This document shows positions 59,138-64,000 of a stretch of DNA of 64,000 nucleotides, piece by piece; positions within the stretch are counted from its first letter, which is position 1, and every line of letters begins with the position of its first letter. The stretch spans positions 32,001 through 96,000 of the forward strand of contig CALIBN010000008.1 in the NCBI GenBank assembly GCA_938045545.1, written 5' to 3'. This stretch comes from an uncultured archaeon. GTDB lineage: Archaea > Thermoproteota > EX4484-205 > JAAOZP01. The notes beneath the pieces are model-generated. The model was not told the origin of the DNA. It saw only the letters and a program-made list of their open reading frames with translations, and searched no databases. A program made the translations under genes and the position numbers.

Positions 59138-61120
59138 TTAGGTAAACAATTTCCTAGATTGAATTGCTGAGGAAAGCCGGTTTATTGCGAGACTTACTAT
59201 AAAGACGTCGACGAATTTGACAAACTCGTCTTCGGTTGACAAGAAATGATTCAACGCTTTCCTCATTGATTCAAGCGCCTCCTCATAATCCTCCCGAATA
59301 TACTGTTTAATGGCCTCAAGAACGAGGGTGACGAAAGTATTGTGATGGAGGAGAACTGCGGCAGACCTTTTTTGAACCCCTTCACCGTCCTGCACGATTT
59401 TCTCAAGCTGTTTTCTACTCTCTTTAACGAATTCGATCATTTTCTCCACGTTTTCCGGTTTAGACAAGTATTCCCTGTGCTCATAACTAGTAGTGTCGAT
59501 AAACGAATAGATCTTCTCCAAATACTCTGAAACGAATTCTGCTGAACTGCCGAACGCTGCCTGAAGATAGCTTTTCTTTATGTCTTCTAGACTAACATTT
59601 TTATTCCAAAGCGTTTCAGCAAGTATCTTCATGTTAATTCCCGTCGGATAGAAGGCGCGCAAGGTTTGACACGATAGTAGACCGTTTAATCCAATTTTAT
59701 CCAAGTCACGCAAGTCTCGCCATAATGTTTTTCCTATATCCCCTTTCAAGAAGTCGAAACCGAATGCGAACCATAAGTGGTAATCGAAGAGAAAACTGTC
59801 TGACTTCAAAGTTTTCAGCCAGCCTCTAAGCAGCTGGATAAACTCGTAGTTTGTTCTAGGCGGGGCTATTCTGTTCCTCGAAGGCGCTGCGAGGGAGGCT
59901 GATCCTGAACATTTCTCGTCATAGAGAGAATGAAGGTAGCAACGGCTTATTGGCGCGAACATGAAGATGGTGTTTCCATACTTGTTGTCAACAAATTCCC
60001 CGACTGGAGGCCAAAGAGTGTTTGAATAGCATAGGAAGACGATCCTCGTCTTACAGTTCAATTCTCCAAGCCTATGTGACACAGCGTTTACAAGCTTAGA
60101 ATACCAGTCGGATGGGGATGTTTTCCGGCATTCCGGGCATTCACAGTGATTGTTCATTCCGTCTGAGAGCCAGAAGTGGAGTATATCCACCTCTGGATGA
60201 TCCAACGCATACTGAACGACATGGTCCACAAGCATGTTGAACGCCTTAGGGTTTGAATAGCAGAGCTCAGTGTTAACAGCAATCCCGCCAAACAGCTCTC
60301 TTTTCCCGTTGACCAGAGCCAGAAGCTCCTTCTGCTCATCCTTGATCGAGCCCTTTTCAGGATCCCATCCAAGGCCTTGAATACCGATTGATTCGCAGGT
60401 CCACCCGTGGCCAACCCTTTCAACAATCATTCCTCTTTTTTTCAACTCCATTATCACCCTAGCATCCTGTTTTAGAGCCTCGTCCACAGAAATCTCTGGA
60501 GAGGTTTCTACCATCGGATTGTATTTTCTAGTGTAATACCTGTTATAGAAATAGCGTGAAGTTTTGAACTGTAGGAAAAACTCGTTGAGTCTTTGCTTAG
60601 CCATCCAGTCTACGAAGTCTATAACCATTTCAGGTGTTACGGCCCCTTCAATACATACGCCCCGGTGATCATATGAAGCGGTTTCCTCAATTTCGAAGCC
60701 GTCTGTCCTTGCCTTCTTAATGCTTGGCAACAACTCTCCGTCTTCACCCGGCCACAACCATTCTGCCCCATGCAGCTTCAAATAATAATAGGTGGAGAAT
60801 AGAACACTCCTAGGGTTAGATCCGGAGATAAATAGGCAGTGTCCTACCGACTTCAGAATTATCGTGTCTTTTAATTCGCTCTCTTTCTCCCAGTCGATGA
60901 AGCGAATGCCAGCAAGTGAAAGATCTCTAGGTAATCCCAAGTAAATACCCTCTTCAGCTCTATAAGCATCTATGTTTTCAACACGGCTTCTTCTCCCCGT
61001 CATTTTTTCAAGGTATCTGGACAGTTCTTCAGCCGCAAAACTGACGACAGGGTTTCTCCCAACAACATATATTTTAGTTTCTTCAACCAGACTAGAATCC
61101 TCGCCTTTCATGAAAAACAA
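59138..61120 (-). CDS. DUF4838 protein with GH67/GH20-like N-terminal domain; putative glycoside hydrolase
   Basis: AAEELSRYLEKMTG, ISGSNPRSVLF, WLWPG.DGE, RGVCIEGA, TELCYSNP, LSDG.NNHCECPEC. Confidence 0.75.
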   Translation of the reverse strand: MFFMKGEDSSLVEETKIYVVGRNPVVSFAAEELSRYLEKMTGRRSRVENIDAYRAEEGIYLGLPRDLSLAGIRFIDWEKESELKDTIILKSVGHCLFISGSNPRSVLFSTYYYLKLHGAEWLWPGEDGELLPSIKKARTDGFEIEETASYDHRGVCIEGAVTPEMVIDFVDWMAKQRLNEFFLQFKTSRYFYNRYYTRKYNPMVETSPEISVDEALKQDARVIMELKKRGMIVERVGHGWTCESIGIQGLGWDPEKGSIKDEQKELLALVNGKRELFGGIAVNTELCYSNPKAFNMLVDHVVQYALDHPEVDILHFWLSDGMNNHCECPECRKTSPSDWYSKLVNAVSHRLGELNCKTRIVFLCYSNTLWPPVGEFVDNKYGNTIFMFAPISRCYLHSLYDEKCSGSASLAAPSRNRIAPPRTNYEFIQLLRGWLKTLKSDSFLFDYHLWFAFGFDFLKGDIGKTLWRDLRDLDKIGLNGLLSCQTLRAFYPTGINMKILAETLWNKNVSLEDIKKSYLQAAFGSSAEFVSEYLEKIYSFIDTTSYEHREYLSKPENVEKMIEFVKESRKQLEKIVQDGEGVQKRSAAVLLHHNTFVTLVLEAIKQYIREDYEEALESMRKALNHFLSTEDEFVKFVDVFIVSLAINRLSSAIQSRKLFT

Positions 61121-61284
61121 CCTGTTTATCCAGATTTATATCTTTCTGATAACCCTACTGCGGCTTTAATCCCTTCGCAGATGCAAAAGTGCATCTCGAT
61201 ACTGTAGGCGAACTTCCCGTAAGCTCATTTTTACGCGCTACGTGGAAAAGCCTCTTAAACTCTCGCTAGAAGGTCAGAAATTTT

Positions 61285-62316
61285 TCAAATGCTTCTTTGA
61301 TAGATCTCTGGGTTCAACAGATGCAATGGTTTATCTCCATCTAGGAACCTGAATATGTCCTCGACGATTAAATTCGACTGCCGTTCTACAGTCTCCCGAG
61401 TATTCCCCCCAATATGGGGTGTCACGATAGCGTTGTCCAACTCTAGGAACGGGTTTGACGAGTCGACCGGTTCATTCTCCTGCACGTCTAAAGCTGCGCC
61501 CGCTATCCTGCCTTGTCTAAGGGCCTCTAGAAGAGCCTGGTCGTCAACCGTACCAGGGGACGATGTATTGATTATGACTGCTGACGGCTTCATCATGGAT
61601 ATCTCCTCCTTCCCAATGATATGATAAGTCTCATCCGTGAGCCTTACGTGAAGTGTAATAATATCGGATTGTCTAACTAGCTCGTTCAGGGTAACCCTCT
61701 TCCCGCCGACTGAGAGTATCTTATCGTCGGAAACATAGGGATCATAGACCAGTATCGAAGCCCCGAAAGATAATAGGATTTTTGCGACCCTGGTCCCTAT
61801 GTCTCCCAAACCTATTATCCCCACCTTCTTTCCATGTATCTCTCCACCTTCCAGAGCGTTGTAAACATCTTGAAAATCTCTATCCGTCTCATAGCTTACA
61901 CCCCTCGTGAACATGCGCTGAGCGTAAACCAGTTTCCGCAACAGCGCCACCATAAGGCCTATTGTCAATTCAGCCACAGCCTGCGAGTTTCTCCCGGGCG
62001 CGTGTACAACGGGTATCCCCTTCGCGGTAGCAGCAGCTACGTCAACCGCGTAGGGAGTCCCCCTGCACGCCCCTATAAACCTAAGGTTCGTCCCTTCTAT
62101 AACGTCAGCCGTCACTTGGTCCGCTTCCACCACGAGTATTTCAACCTTGTTCTCATTAATCTTATCAGCAAGTTCGTCTCCAAAGTAAATGCGCCCAGTT
62201 TTCCTCCAGTCTTCATATATGACGTCGGCTCGTTGCGAGAGCCTTGCTAGAGCTTCTTTAGTGAAGGTCGCAGTTATCAAGCATCTCGGCCTTCCAACAG
62301 TTTGTTGTACTGCCAT
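61285..62316 (-). CDS. D-2-hydroxyacid dehydrogenase (SerA-like)
   Basis: PGRNSQAVAE, GIIGLGDIG, YDPY, ALDVQENEP, TPHIGG. Confidence 0.92.
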   Translation of the reverse strand: MAVQQTVGRPRCLITATFTKEALARLSQRADVIYEDWRKTGRIYFGDELADKINENKVEILVVEADQVTADVIEGTNLRFIGACRGTPYAVDVAAATAKGIPVVHAPGRNSQAVAELTIGLMVALLRKLVYAQRMFTRGVSYETDRDFQDVYNALEGGEIHGKKVGIIGLGDIGTRVAKILLSFGASILVYDPYVSDDKILSVGGKRVTLNELVRQSDIITLHVRLTDETYHIIGKEEISMMKPSAVIINTSSPGTVDDQALLEALRQGRIAGAALDVQENEPVDSSNPFLELDNAIVTPHIGGNTRETVERQSNLIVEDIFRFLDGDKPLHLLNPEIYQRSI

Positions 62317-62322
62317 CGGTCT

Positions 62323-63807
62323 TCACTCCTTAGAGTAGGGGAGCCACCACATCCTTCTAGGTTCCCTTATCTTGTTTATGCATATTTGCCTAATGTTCAC
62401 CATCTCTAAAAGCCCGTATCTGGAGGAGTGTCTTCCAAGCCCGCTTCGCTTCACTCCTCCCCAGGGCGCGTGCGGAAACGTCACAGCCACATCGTTTATC
62501 CAGACTATTCCAGACTCTATTCTTCTAGAAAGCCTTATCGCCCTATCTTCATTCTCAGTCCAGATCGAAGCCCCTAGGCCGTATTCAGTAGCATTAGCGA
62601 TCTCAACGGCTTGCTTTTCATCGTGAAAAGGCATCACGGGTGCAACCGGTCCAAAAATCTCCTCGCTCATGACCTTCATCGAAAGGTTCACATCGGTGAG
62701 CACCGTGGGACTATAGAAGAATCCCTTCTTAAATTCTTTTGGAGCTGAGCCGCCGCACATGATTCGAGCACCTGCCAATATGGCCTGCCTCACAGAACGC
62801 GACACATACGATTGTTGCTCTCTGCTTATCAAAGGCCCAATGTCAGTTGAAGGATCAAAACCGTTTCCAACCTTCAGGGACGAGGCTTTTTCTACGAATT
62901 GTTTCAAGAAATCATTAAAAACATTCTCGTGAACTAATATCCTCTTAGCTGAGACACATATTTGGCCTGCTCCGAAAAACCTGCCGTACAAGGCTCCGTT
63001 AACTGCTTCATCCAAGTTTGCATCATCCAACACTATGAAGGGATCGCTTCCTCCGAGCTCTAAGATGGTTTTCTTCAAGCCCTTCGCACAATTCAAAGCA
63101 ACCTGGGCCCCGGCCTTATTGCCACCTGTAAATACTACTGCTTGGACATCAGACTTTACTAGCATTTCTCCAATCCTCCCTCCGCCTTGCACCATGTTAA
63201 ACACACCTTTCGGTAGCCCTGCTTCCTCGAACAGCTCAGCAATCTTCTCGCCTACCATAGCGGTTAGGGAGGAGGGCTTGAAAATCACGGAGTTCCCAGC
63301 CACCATCGCAGGGATGATCGTTTGAATCGGAATTAGAAAAGGCCAGTTCCAAGGGGATATGACTACTACGACGCCAAGCGGCTCAAACACTATTCGGAAC
63401 TCATAGTTTCCAGCTTGAGGGAAATCCATAATCCTGGTTTCTTCCCTCAGCATTTGCTCAGCCTCAGCCACATAATAGTCAACATACATTTGAGCCCCTG
63501 TAACTTCCATGCTGGATTCTACCAAGGGCTTACCATTTTCTAAAGTTATGACGCTTGAAATCTCGTCGAGCTTATCCATCATCAGTTGTCCAACCTTCTT
63601 CAGCAGCTCAACTCTTTCTCCTATGGTCATAGTGCTCCATTGATGGAAGGCCCTCTTCGATGATTCAAGAGCAATTCTTAAATCGGGCATTCGCGCGCTC
63701 GCCACCTCATGTATTACTTCTTCCGTGGCAGGGTTTAATTTCGGGATTTTTACACCAGTGGGCGTTATCCATTTTCCATCGATGAACGAACGAACTATAT
63801 TCAACAC
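62323..63807 (-). CDS. NAD(P)-dependent aldehyde dehydrogenase
   Basis: ISPWNWP, FKPS, FTGG, LELGGSDP, GQICVS, EEIFGPV; start set at GTG 63807 (the ORF-track extension overlaps the divergent gene). Confidence 0.95.
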   Translation of the reverse strand: MLNIVRSFIDGKWITPTGVKIPKLNPATEEVIHEVASARMPDLRIALESSKRAFHQWSTMTIGERVELLKKVGQLMMDKLDEISSVITLENGKPLVESSMEVTGAQMYVDYYVAEAEQMLREETRIMDFPQAGNYEFRIVFEPLGVVVVISPWNWPFLIPIQTIIPAMVAGNSVIFKPSSLTAMVGEKIAELFEEAGLPKGVFNMVQGGGRIGEMLVKSDVQAVVFTGGNKAGAQVALNCAKGLKKTILELGGSDPFIVLDDANLDEAVNGALYGRFFGAGQICVSAKRILVHENVFNDFLKQFVEKASSLKVGNGFDPSTDIGPLISREQQSYVSRSVRQAILAGARIMCGGSAPKEFKKGFFYSPTVLTDVNLSMKVMSEEIFGPVAPVMPFHDEKQAVEIANATEYGLGASIWTENEDRAIRLSRRIESGIVWINDVAVTFPHAPWGGVKRSGLGRHSSRYGLLEMVNIRQICINKIREPRRMWWLPYSKE

Positions 63808-63883
63808 GTTAAAAGAACAATTATGATATTTAAGCTTTAGCGCGATAAAAAAAGTTAAATATCGGAAAAAAGAATGTGAAAGT

Positions 63884-64000
63884 ATGCCGACGAAGGAGCA
63901 GGTGTTTGAGTCCCTCGATGAAATAAGGAAGAGGTTTGAAGACCCGAGTGTCAAGGAGAAGTTTAAAGGTTTTAAGAGGGAGATATGGTTCAAGTTTCCA
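63884..64000 (+). CDS. Partial protein, possibly SCP2 sterol-carrier-like
   Basis: MPTKEQVFESLDEIRKRFEDPSVKEKFKGFKREIWFKFP..., open to the window end. Confidence 0.5.
   Translation, partial: MPTKEQVFESLDEIRKRFEDPSVKEKFKGFKREIWFKFP

Noticed and set aside
47-63325. Numerous antisense ORFs in the ORF track (e.g. 3887-4501, 8029-8487, 46876-47490, 48243-48749)
   Set aside because: They are shadows of well-supported genes on the opposite strand, with Ser/Pro/Thr-rich non-protein-like composition.
1-64000. CRISPR arrays, tRNA/rRNA genes, IS elements, integrases
   Set aside because: No regularly spaced repeats, T-loop/cloverleaf signatures or transposase/integrase motifs were seen.

Overview
This is archaeal chromosomal DNA. 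The evidence is aIF1/SUI1, deoxyhypusine synthase, Cdc6/Orc1, CDC48, Lsm, NucS, bifunctional PGI/PMI and TATA-type promoters. The crenarchaeal-type his gene order, a non-pyrrolysine MttB and bacterial-like CAZymes fit an uncultured thermophilic Thermoproteota lineage such as Ca. Brockarchaeota; that placement is an inference and was not verified. Layout: (1) 1-13.4 kb holds a MacB/LolCDE-type ABC operon with a secreted coiled-coil protein, a hisCGABFEHI operon without hisD, an AbrB-ACT regulator, aIF1 and a stand-alone DNA-ligase N-terminal domain. (2) 13.5-29 kb is an accessory catabolic region (Gfo/Idh/MocA, amidohydrolase, DppA, surface-anchored GH5, Fe-ADH, AKR) with several pseudogenes. 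(3) 29-51.4 kb is mostly core genes plus a luxE-luxC-SDR operon, a threonine-synthase-like/PadR fusion lacking the PLP lysine, and a DeoC-like protein lacking its catalytic lysines. (4) 51.5-64 kb is a second accessory region with a broken creatininase, broken mttB, a URO-D-like protein, a truncated surface protein, an archaeal ATPase with a double palindrome, DUF4838, a 2-hydroxyacid dehydrogenase and an ALDH. I recognised no tRNA, rRNA, CRISPR array or transposase. The best candidates for undescribed biology are the archaeal LuxE/LuxC/SDR acyl-reduction operon and the pseudo-ThrC-wHTH sensor regulator with a perfect palindrome in its own promoter. All family assignments come from reading motifs by eye; no database search was run.
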